From: Thermoplasmata archaeon
Lineage (GTDB): Archaea > Thermoplasmatota > Thermoplasmata > Thermoplasmatales > Thermoplasmataceae
Length of the DNA: 64,000 bases
NCBI GenBank assembly: GCA_021820565.1
Contig: JAKADL010000001.1
Span: 2,786-66,785, forward strand
Direction of reading: 5' to 3'
How positions within the stretch are numbered: the stretch's first letter is position 1; each line of letters opens with the position of its first letter. This document shows positions 21,420 to 29,091 of the stretch, piece by piece. The notes under the pieces are model-generated. The model made no database searches. It saw only the letters and a program-made list of their open reading frames with translations, and was not told where the DNA came from. A program made the position numbers and the translations under genes.

Positions 21420-22184
21420 ATGTTTCTGCCTCCAAAAATCAGTAGAATTGAAACGAAAAATATGGAAATAGGTAGAAGAAGGTATATCAGGGAAATAGTT
21501 GAAAATGCCCTTTTATTTTTTAAATTTATCACAAATAAAAAAATTTATATTACCAGGATATGGTATATTGGAAATATTGCAAAAAAACCCATTCCTGCGC
21601 TCAATAGGATTGATGATAATGGTAAAACAAAATGGAATGTTTTTTATTATCAGGTTATAAATCGTTATTCCAGAATACTGTACAGTAATAAGCACAGGAA
21701 TACAGTGAAAAAAACATCCAGATTTATGGGACTTATATCACGTAATAAAAAAAGAATTCATATGGCAACTGACTTTTTGATGCCTGCAATAATTAAATCA
21801 TTTCCATTGATGTTTGAAATTTCAATGAAATATTACGAGAATTTCTCATCAGACATGGATTTTGCAACGTTTTTCACAAGAAAATTAGGAGAGACAAATA
21901 TAGACCAGGATACATGTAGCCGGTTTTTCATAGAAATAATAGGCTCGGTTGAACCCAATGCTTCATGGATAAGAAAAATGAGATCATTATCACATGAACT
22001 CTATGGGGACTCATTATTATATATGGAAAATTTTGCTATTTATATAGCATACACAATATATAGAAAATGCGAGAATAATATATCAACGACGATCACGACC
22101 ATGTACAAAAATTCACCCTCCGGTATGTGCAGGATATTAATGGAAAATGCCAAAAATATAGAAGATTATTTACCGGGCAAGTAG
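21420..22184 (+). CDS. Hypothetical protein (ORFan-like)
   Basis: 254-aa ORF, very AT-rich, with a basic N-terminal half. No motif recognised. Sits between two unrelated operons. Confidence 0.35.
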   Translation: MFLPPKISRIETKNMEIGRRRYIREIVENALLFFKFITNKKIYITRIWYIGNIAKKPIPALNRIDDNGKTKWNVFYYQVINRYSRILYSNKHRNTVKKTSRFMGLISRNKKRIHMATDFLMPAIIKSFPLMFEISMKYYENFSSDMDFATFFTRKLGETNIDQDTCSRFFIEIIGSVEPNASWIRKMRSLSHELYGDSLLYMENFAIYIAYTIYRKCENNISTTITTMYKNSPSGMCRILMENAKNIEDYLPGK

Positions 22185-22191
22185 GGCTTTA

Positions 22192-23265
22192 TTAATCGTT
22201 GTTGAGATCACTGGACAGTAATTTAAGTGAATCAGATACAACATCAATTGCTTTATAAAAATCGCTGATGTCTATGACTTCATTCTGTGTATGGGAAAGC
22301 CTTGTATCTCCAGGTCCATAGGTTATAACCGGTATATGCCAGAAGTTCCCGAGAGTATTCATATCTCCCGATCCACTCTTGAATATGAGTTTCGGCGACA
22401 TGCCATTTTTCTTTATTGCCTCTTTGAAAGATTGCACAATAGGGCTTTTTATGTCCGATATATATGGCTCCGTTCTGTTTTCAATGTTATAGGAATAGTT
22501 TTTTATAAGTATATTTTCCATATCAGATTTTATTTCATTGACAATCTCATTTTCTGATATTGATTTGGGATATCTCAGATCAATGTACATGGAGGCATAT
22601 TCCGGGGTCATATTATCATATTCACCGCCAGTAAATTTGGTGATGCCCGCAGTTACTGAATTAAAATCCTTATTTTTCCCGTATTTAGATCTTATGGAAA
22701 ACCAGAGATCCATGAGTGAATCAATAGCATTTGTTTCCATCCATGATGAACTGGCGTGATGTGTTTCAGTTTTCTTATCGACCTTTAACAATATTCTGCC
22801 CTTGTATCCTGCGGTTATGTTCATGGCACCTCCAGGTTCACCGAATATAGCATAATCATAACCATGATAGTCTTCCATTATTTTATTAATGCCCTTACTG
22901 TCACTCTCCTCGCCTGATGCCGCAGATATGAGCAATTTGCCTCTGAAACCACTGTCAAGGGCTTTTTTTGCACCAAGAATCAATGCCAGCAGTGATGATT
23001 TGGCATCCACAGCACCTCTGCCATATATGAGGTTTCCCTCCCTCTTTACGGGAAGAATCCCTGGAACTGTGTCCTCATGCCCGCATATGAATACCGATGG
23101 CTTTCCCGTGCCGTTTACGGATATTACATTTAGCTGTTCATCTATTACGGGATCATGAAAGCCAAGATCGACCATGTAATCACGGATCAATTTAGCGATT
23201 TCACCTTCATCCCCGCTCGGTGAATAAGTATTCAGCATTTCTAGCAGCATATCCTCCGGATTCAT
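22192..23265 (-). CDS. lysK: [LysW]-lysine/ornithine hydrolase (M20 deacylase, ArgE/LysK)
   Basis: 357 aa M20 peptidase with motifs GHEDTV and GRGAVDAKSS. Last gene of the LysW operon, with a 4-nt overlap with lysX. Confidence 0.8.
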   Translation of the reverse strand: MNPEDMLLEMLNTYSPSGDEGEIAKLIRDYMVDLGFHDPVIDEQLNVISVNGTGKPSVFICGHEDTVPGILPVKREGNLIYGRGAVDAKSSLLALILGAKKALDSGFRGKLLISAASGEESDSKGINKIMEDYHGYDYAIFGEPGGAMNITAGYKGRILLKVDKKTETHHASSSWMETNAIDSLMDLWFSIRSKYGKNKDFNSVTAGITKFTGGEYDNMTPEYASMYIDLRYPKSISENEIVNEIKSDMENILIKNYSYNIENRTEPYISDIKSPIVQSFKEAIKKNGMSPKLIFKSGSGDMNTLGNFWHIPVITYGPGDTRLSHTQNEVIDISDFYKAIDVVSDSLKLLSSDLNND

Positions 23266-24110
23266 TTTTTGGCCTCTGAAATAAGGTATTCTGAAATATA
23301 GTCAGGTATGTTGATCCCTGTTACCGGAACTGTATTCTTGAATTCTGTGTTCCCATTGACCTCATTGACAAAAAATCCATCCTTTGATTCCAGGATGTCT
23401 ATTCCGTAGATACCTGAACCCAGCGCTTTATGAATCTTTTCCACAATATCCTCTATTTCTGAGGTAATTTTCAGTGGCTCAGCTCTACCCCCCAGGGCAG
23501 TATTTGTACGCCAGTCCTCCCCTGATCTATACCGGTAAATTCCTGCCACAGCACGGTCATCTACAAGGAATACCCGTAAATCACGGTTGAAATCATTGAT
23601 ATATTCCTGCGTATAATTTACCTGGTATATAGGATACATATATTCTTTATATTCCGAGACGTCCATTGCCGCATAATAATCGTTCAGAAGAGAAATCATC
23701 CTACCCCAGCTACCTGTAACAGGTTTGGTTACAGCCCTTCCGTTGAAATCTGTTTTAAAAGATTCCAGAAATTTTTCAGTTGAAAACGAAACGAAAGTCT
23801 TCGGAATTCTAATTCCCTGATGTGCTAGCAGAGTTGAGGTAAACATTTTGTTCCCGGTAATAATAGTAGAGTTAAAATCATTAAGTATTCTGTGGCCTGT
23901 AAATTCTACATATGCAGTAGAATGTACATTTCTATAATATCCGGTGCTCCTCTGCAATGATATGTCACCGAAGTCATAATTTGCCTTTTCCAGATTAAGG
24001 TTCATATCCTTTACATTGAGCAATTGCACATCGATATTTTTATCCTGCATGGATTTCAGGATTGCCTTTTCCTCCCAGCGCATAATATCCAGCAACATAG
24101 TAATTTTCAC
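23262..24110 (-). CDS. lysX: RimK-type ATP-grasp ligase, LysX/ArgX (amino-acid--LysW ligase)
   Basis: 282 aa with ATP-grasp organisation and the typical N-terminus ...DIMRWEEKAILKS. 4-nt overlaps on both sides. Confidence 0.8.
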   Translation of the reverse strand: MKITMLLDIMRWEEKAILKSMQDKNIDVQLLNVKDMNLNLEKANYDFGDISLQRSTGYYRNVHSTAYVEFTGHRILNDFNSTIITGNKMFTSTLLAHQGIRIPKTFVSFSTEKFLESFKTDFNGRAVTKPVTGSWGRMISLLNDYYAAMDVSEYKEYMYPIYQVNYTQEYINDFNRDLRVFLVDDRAVAGIYRYRSGEDWRTNTALGGRAEPLKITSEIEDIVEKIHKALGSGIYGIDILESKDGFFVNEVNGNTEFKNTVPVTGINIPDYISEYLISEAKK

Positions 24111-25288
24111 GGTAAAACACCTTTCTCCGCGGATAGTATTACTTCAGACATGATGGCGGCGGCATCTTTAAGTTCTGAATCTGATATGACGTATGGAGGA
24201 AGCATCCTGATTATATTTATACCTGAATATAATGGAAGCACGCCTCTATTGATCATTTCCATCAATACCGGCAGGAATTTTATTCTTAGTTCAATTGCAT
24301 CCATCAAACCGAGGCCCCTTACTTCTTTGACTATTCTGGCATCCTCTATACCGGATCGTAATTCGTTTCTGAAAAGTTCTCCCTTTCTGGCAACACTTTC
24401 AATCATACCTCTGTCCAGCTGTTTGATTACTGCACTTCCCGCAGCCATTGCCAGAGGATTGCCACCGGTTGTAGAAGACTGCTCTCCTTTTGCCAGGTTA
24501 TCCATAAATTCAGGTTTTCCGGCAGTTATAGACAGTGGCATTCCACCACCGATACCCTTTCCTATTGTTATGATATCTGGTTTAATCCCGAAATTCTCAT
24601 GTGCCCACATCTTTCCTGTTCTTCCAAGACCTGACTGTATCTCGTCAGCAACAAGTATGATATTATTTTTTTCCGTTATATTTCTCAATTCTTTTACATA
24701 TTCCCTGGAGGGTATGTTTATTCCACCCTCACCCTGTACCGGTTCAAAAAATACCGCGGCTATGTCGGGGTCTTTCTCCAGTATATTTAAAGCTTCCATA
24801 TTGTTATATTCTATGAATTCAACGTTTTTCATCAGGAGTGAACCAAATGCCTTCCTGTATTTCTCGGAATAGGTAATTGAGAGTGCCCCGGCAGTTTTCC
24901 CATGGTACGAATTTGTCATAGCAATGATTTTGTGCTTTTTGGAAGATTTTATTACTGTTTTTATGGCTGCTTCCACGGCTTCTGCACCTATATTACCCAG
25001 ATAAAATTTATCCAGTCCGGATGGTACAATACCCGTAAGGTCCTTTATGAATTCTTCTCTGGCAGGTGTGTATTCAGATGCATGGGCTATTGATATGGTA
25101 TCAAATTGCTTGCACACGGCCTCTTTTATCTGAGTATTGCCGTAACCGAGAATGGCCACTCCATAACCGCCCATCATATCTATATAACGTTTGCCGTTAA
25201 TATCATGAAGTATGGCACCGCTGCCATTCAGGATATTAACGGGCAATCTCTGGTATGTATTTGCTATATGATCATTTTCATAATTCAT
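24107..25288 (-). CDS. lysJ: Class-III PLP aminotransferase, LysJ/ArgD type
   Basis: 393 aa with DEIQSGLGRTGKMWA and the PLP-Lys context TIGKGIGGG. Its ATG overlaps the stop of the upstream iscB-like ORF (ATGA). Confidence 0.9.
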   Translation of the reverse strand: MNYENDHIANTYQRLPVNILNGSGAILHDINGKRYIDMMGGYGVAILGYGNTQIKEAVCKQFDTISIAHASEYTPAREEFIKDLTGIVPSGLDKFYLGNIGAEAVEAAIKTVIKSSKKHKIIAMTNSYHGKTAGALSITYSEKYRKAFGSLLMKNVEFIEYNNMEALNILEKDPDIAAVFFEPVQGEGGINIPSREYVKELRNITEKNNIILVADEIQSGLGRTGKMWAHENFGIKPDIITIGKGIGGGMPLSITAGKPEFMDNLAKGEQSSTTGGNPLAMAAGSAVIKQLDRGMIESVARKGELFRNELRSGIEDARIVKEVRGLGLMDAIELRIKFLPVLMEMINRGVLPLYSGINIIRMLPPYVISDSELKDAAAIMSEVILSAEKGVLP

Positions 25289-26526
25289 CTAACCACCCCA
25301 GAGGAGACCCCATCCATAAGGGTGGGGAGAAATCTGAACTTAAACTGCAATCCCTTTCCATATCTGACCATTTTAACTTTCTTTATATTTACATCCATTT
25401 TCTTATCACCATCTCTTATAACTACTCTCTTTCCATAATTATGAACCCCAGAAACATTCCATATGCTGTTATTATACTCTACAATATCACCGGGTTGCAT
25501 ACTGTATCTCTTTCTCCTTATGGAAGGCCTGAATCCTTTCCTGTTGAGCTGGGGGGTTCTGTTGTTCCGTCTTCTCTGGGATACGCCATACACTGGTGAT
25601 CTCACCTGTTTATTTCCACCAGCAATGACAAATGCATCATTTGCATGGCTCTTATCAATGCCATATAATATTCTGTTCTTCTTTGTCATATATCCGAAGC
25701 TATAATCTGCACCTGTTAGTTCTTTTAATTTCCATCTCACTGTATTCATAAATGCTGAATCCTTCAATGTATTCGATGCTTCATTTCTAACTTCTGGATG
25801 ACCAAATTCTTCAGCTGTGAGATTATTCTTCTTCTGGTTGCAGGAATGGCATGCTATTGCAAGATTATCAACTGTATTGCTTCCTCCCCTTGATTTTGGT
25901 GTTATATGCTCTATTTCAAGTGGTACATTCTCTTTTCCACAGTATGCACATTTCCTTTGGAATTTCTCTAATAAGTATTCCCTTATTTTGTATCCCATAA
26001 GCTCTCCATGCTGGTATTCTACCCCTGATATTTCAGGGTTCTTCATCTTATGGGTATCAAAGGAAGCTACCTCTATAACAACTCTGGATACAGGAATGAT
26101 ACTCTTTATTTTCTCTATTAGCCTTATATGTGTTTCCAGTTTATGATTAATACTCGGTGCAAACCATTCCCCTCCCTTTCTTCCCCTGTTAAGGAATCTT
26201 GGCTTTCTGTACCATAATTTATTTCTTCTTTTTCCACGGTACATGGACTTTTCGATATTTAGTTTCGGCATATCGATTCTTGCTGTTACTTCACCAAATA
26301 GAAGTTCTCTTTGAGCTGTTACGGCAGAGAATCCTATATGCTTATATCCTGAATCTATTCCCAGGATTACATCCTGAGTGTCACTCTCACACTGCCACAG
26401 TAGCTGAATAGTAAAAGGAGAATGCTGTACTATCTTCGCTTTATGTTCCTTTAAGAGATGCTTTGCCTTTGCAGGTTTGCAAGGCATTAATGGTTTTCCA
26501 TCCATGTTTAAAATAAATACCTGCAT
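25285..26526 (-). CDS. iscB: IscB-type RNA-guided nuclease (PLMP domain, split RuvC with inserted HNH, C-terminal TAM-interaction-like domain)
   Basis: Numbering follows the 477-aa track ORF. PLMP domain MQVFILNMDGKPLMPC at aa 65-80. RuvC-I GIDSG (D122). Arg-rich bridge helix YRGKRRNKLWYRKPRFLNRGR. RuvC-II VVIEVASFD (E216). HNH CAYCG...EIEHITPKSRGG...DNLAIACHSCN. RuvC-III SHANDAFVIAG (H358, D361). I place the start at M65 (ATG 26526..26524) because IscB proteins begin at the PLMP domain. An in-frame ATG at 26718 is the alternative start. Confidence 0.8.
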   Translation of the reverse strand: MQVFILNMDGKPLMPCKPAKAKHLLKEHKAKIVQHSPFTIQLLWQCESDTQDVILGIDSGYKHIGFSAVTAQRELLFGEVTARIDMPKLNIEKSMYRGKRRNKLWYRKPRFLNRGRKGGEWFAPSINHKLETHIRLIEKIKSIIPVSRVVIEVASFDTHKMKNPEISGVEYQHGELMGYKIREYLLEKFQRKCAYCGKENVPLEIEHITPKSRGGSNTVDNLAIACHSCNQKKNNLTAEEFGHPEVRNEASNTLKDSAFMNTVRWKLKELTGADYSFGYMTKKNRILYGIDKSHANDAFVIAGGNKQVRSPVYGVSQRRRNNRTPQLNRKGFRPSIRRKRYSMQPGDIVEYNNSIWNVSGVHNYGKRVVIRDGDKKMDVNIKKVKMVRYGKGLQFKFRFLPTLMDGVSSGVVR

Positions 26527-26800
26527 AACGGCTTTAAGCCCCCCTGCAGGTTGGGGTAAGTCCACATCGGGGTTGTTGGAAAGGGTTTTTAAATTCGGCA
26601 CACTGAGAGTTTCCTCTCTGTTTAATGACGAATCGCAGTTGCCCCAGACTTGTGGAGCATCTGTGGGCGTGTATGTATTTCTCCTTTCTAATTTCTGTTT
26701 ATTTTTTATGTTTGACATATCATTTAAACCCCCTAATCAACCAGTTGCCCTCAAACCTCACGGTTCGAGCCCCTTCCTTCCGGGAGGGGTGATTGACTAT
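25289..26800 (-). mobile_element. Putative non-autonomous IS200/IS605-superfamily (ISC-type) element carrying iscB plus omega RNA, without tnpA. Ends not defined.
   Basis: The iscB gene interrupts an otherwise canonical lysZ-lysJ junction. G/C-rich imperfect palindromes lie at both flanks (26750-26789 and 25291-25330). No TnpA/Y1 transposase ORF anywhere in the window. Confidence 0.4.
26527..26800 (-). ncRNA. Candidate omega RNA scaffold of the IscB element (boundaries approximate)
   Basis: Sits immediately 5' of iscB on the same strand and is visibly G/C-richer than its surroundings. Contains stacked hairpins, several with tetraloops: minus-strand CTCGAACC-GTGA-GGTTTGAG (26750-26769), CCCCTCCC-GGAA-GGAAGGGG (26770-26789), GAGAG-GAAA-CTCTC (26605-26618) and CCCC(AA)CC-TGCA-GGGGGG (26539-26556). 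A long-range helix pairs GGCAACTG with CAGT(G)TGCC (26636-26643 with 26597-26605). Confidence 0.45.
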
Positions 26801-27551
26801 AAATCACAGTTCCATTTTCCATATTCTGGAATGGGCTGGAAATTGTTACCTGTTTTACGCCCATCTCCAGGGCTTCTATGGAAGCCATTAGTTTTTTGTC
26901 CATTCCTGTTCCTATATATTTCAGAATGCTCCTTATATATGCAGTATCTGCCCGCTCAATTATCTTATCTTCATAGTAAAGCCCGTTTACATTGGTCAGG
27001 AACGTCAATGTGTCAGCTTTTATTGAACCTGCAACATAGGCTGCAGCCCTGTCAGCATCGACATTAAGATAACTGTCAGTGCCGTATGCTATTGGCGAGA
27101 TTACAGGAATATATCCTGCTTCCATTAAATTTCTGGTTGGAACCGGGTCTGCCGAATCTACTCTTCCTGTGTATCCACCGTCAATTACCATCTTTCTATT
27201 GTTTTCATTTAAAATTATCAATTTTTCTTTTCTCCTGGCCTTCATAATGCCATTAAGTGTAACCGCCTTTATACCATGCTGGAGGAGATTGAGAACTATC
27301 TTCTGGTTGATCAGGTTCATTACCATTGTGAATATTTCCAGTGTACCTTTATCGGTATACCTGCTTCGTATTCCGTCCGGTGATGTAACAAATCTTGGAT
27401 GGTAATTAAAAGAGTCTGCATGGCTATCAAGATAGTTGCCGCCACCGTGTACTATGGCAACTGGTTCATTCAATCCTTCAATAATGGTATAAAGATTGTC
27501 ATTTTCCAGGAATTTTTCCAGTATACTTCCACCTATTTTTATTACTTTCAT
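26751..27551 (-). CDS. lysZ: Amino-acid kinase, LysZ/ArgB type ([LysW]-aminoadipate / acetylglutamate kinase)
   Basis: 266 aa with KIGGS at the N-terminus and the VHGGG motif. The last ~15 codons (SQSPLPEGRGSNREV) are encoded by the hairpin region assigned to the IscB element. Confidence 0.85.
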   Translation of the reverse strand: MKVIKIGGSILEKFLENDNLYTIIEGLNEPVAIVHGGGNYLDSHADSFNYHPRFVTSPDGIRSRYTDKGTLEIFTMVMNLINQKIVLNLLQHGIKAVTLNGIMKARRKEKLIILNENNRKMVIDGGYTGRVDSADPVPTRNLMEAGYIPVISPIAYGTDSYLNVDADRAAAYVAGSIKADTLTFLTNVNGLYYEDKIIERADTAYIRSILKYIGTGMDKKLMASIEALEMGVKQVTISSPFQNMENGTVIYSQSPLPEGRGSNREV

Positions 27552-27554
27552 AGT

Positions 27555-28622
27555 TCACACCGGGAATAAAGATGGGGCCATCAATGACTCGTATTCCGGG
27601 AAACCGTTCATGATATTCATGGATTGAACAGCATTTCCGGCAGCGCCTTTTATAAGATTGTCAATGGCTCCAAAGGAGACAATCCTTTTGACATATTTAT
27701 CAATAGCAAATCCAACGTCGATAAAGTTTGATCCGACAACTGTCTTGGGGTCAGGATATTTATAATTGCTTTTCCTGTCCATTATAAGCCTTACAAATCT
27801 CTCATTACCATAGAATTTTTTCAGCAATCCCCAGAGATAAATTTCCTCCTGTTCTGCATATATGCTTGAGGTTGTTAAGATACCCCTGACCATATTTACG
27901 GAATGTGCAGAAAGAGCGATTTTTACCTTTTTGCCGGAGGCATATTCCAGTTCCTGTTCGATCTCAGGGGTATGCCTGTGACCGAACGGTTTATATGCCC
28001 TTACAGACCCGAATCTTTCCGAGAATACCTTTGATTCATCCAGCCCAGATCCTGATCCTGAAGATCCGACTTTTGCATCCACATTTATGATATTACTGGT
28101 AATATCCAGTGAAAGGAAAGGTGCAATGCTATAAATGGATGAAGAGGCAATACACCCCGGTGTTGCTATGTACCTGGCATTTTTTATCTCTTCCCTGTGG
28201 AGCTCCGGCATCCCGTAAACAAATTTTTTGATTAAGTCCGGATATTTATGTTCATATCCGTACCATTGCCTGTACAGAGTATGATCTTTCAATCTGAAAT
28301 CTGCGCTCATATCTATAATTTTTACACCGGTTTCAACAAGTTCGGGAACATACTTGACAGAAGTACCGTGAGGAAGCGCAAGGAATATTAAATCTACCCT
28401 TCCTGCCATATCAAGCGGTGAAATAGCTTCAAATTTTAAATCCGTTAATCCGTAAAGGTCTGGATGCACTCTTGAAACCTTTTCTCCGGCATGACTTGTG
28501 GAGGAGACTGTCACAATTTCAACATCACTGTGACCCACAAGGAGCCTGAGCAATTCTCCCCCGACGTATCCGGATCCGCCCACAATACCTACTTTGAGCA
28601 ACTTATTCTCCCCAGTCTTCAC
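27555..28622 (-). CDS. lysY: N-acyl-gamma-glutamyl/aminoadipyl-phosphate reductase, LysY/ArgC type
   Basis: 355 aa with VGIVGGSGYVGGELLRLL and the active-site Cys context ATPGCIASS. The annotated ATG overlaps the lysW 3' end by 20 nt. Confidence 0.9.
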   Translation of the reverse strand: MKTGENKLLKVGIVGGSGYVGGELLRLLVGHSDVEIVTVSSTSHAGEKVSRVHPDLYGLTDLKFEAISPLDMAGRVDLIFLALPHGTSVKYVPELVETGVKIIDMSADFRLKDHTLYRQWYGYEHKYPDLIKKFVYGMPELHREEIKNARYIATPGCIASSSIYSIAPFLSLDITSNIINVDAKVGSSGSGSGLDESKVFSERFGSVRAYKPFGHRHTPEIEQELEYASGKKVKIALSAHSVNMVRGILTTSSIYAEQEEIYLWGLLKKFYGNERFVRLIMDRKSNYKYPDPKTVVGSNFIDVGFAIDKYVKRIVSFGAIDNLIKGAAGNAVQSMNIMNGFPEYESLMAPSLFPV

Positions 28623-28776
28623 CTACATTTTCTGCAGGTTTGATTTCTACAGTTTCTCCATTGATGGAGGATATTTCATAGCTCATTCCGCATGATCCAC
28701 ATTCAATTAACTCCCCAACCATGGAATCATCTGGCACACTGATTTTTTCTCCACATATCTTACATTTTGTTTCCAT
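28603..28776 (-). CDS. lysW: Amino-group carrier protein LysW
   Basis: Hand-translated 57-aa ORF, absent from the ORF track: METKCKICGEKISVPDDSMVGELIECGSCGMSYEISSINGETVEIKPAENVGEDWGE. It has a CxxC...CxxC zinc ribbon and the hallmark C-terminal EDWGE. GGGTGA Shine-Dalgarno lies about 8 nt upstream. First gene of the operon. Confidence 0.85.
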   Translation of the reverse strand: METKCKICGEKISVPDDSMVGELIECGSCGMSYEISSINGETVEIKPAENVGEDWGE

Positions 28777-28801
28777 TTTTATTCACCCTTTGTTGTGTTT
28801 T

Positions 28802-28845
28802 ACAAACAAATAGAAATTATTTATTACTAATAAATATTTGTTTGT
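28802..28845. promoter_or_regulatory. Inverted repeat in the lysW promoter region (candidate operator overlapping TATA-like sequence)
   Basis: Perfect 11-bp arms ACAAACAAATA (28802-28812) and TATTTGTTTGT (28835-28845) with a 22-bp AT-rich spacer, 26-69 nt upstream of the lysW ATG. Confidence 0.3.
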
Positions 28846-29091
28846 TATATTGTTATTTCTTACATTTAAAGTTTTTTTTCGAACTTAAATGCAATTATTA
28901 CTTAATTGTATTATAGTATATAAAATATACGAATATTGTATTTTTAGTATGAATTTCGTAATAATGGATTATAATACTGTACTGTATTTTATGTGCCCAG
29001 AATTCCATTACATAACAAAAATTGGTAAAATGCTTCTGAACTTTATAATTGCAAAAAATAATTAGAGATATAAAATAATCTTGATGTAAAA

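Noticed and set aside
24024-24872. A 282-aa plus-strand ORF, the longest antisense ORF in the window.
   Set aside because: It lies entirely antisense to lysJ and lysX, which have strong family signatures. Its composition is low-complexity and S/I/P/F-rich.
26527-26718. A 64-codon N-terminal extension of the iscB ORF (MSNIKNKQ...GGLKAV), starting at the ATG at 26718.
   Set aside because: IscB proteins start at the PLMP domain, which is M65 here. The extension is encoded by G/C-rich hairpin-forming sequence and has no protein-like motif, so I treat it as a fortuitously open frame over the candidate omega RNA. Translation from 26718 cannot be excluded without data.
26477-27067. A 196-aa plus-strand ORF spanning the iscB 5' end, the hairpin region and the lysZ 3' end.
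   Set aside because: It is antisense to two well-supported genes, P/G/S/L-rich and without motifs. This is a typical shadow ORF.
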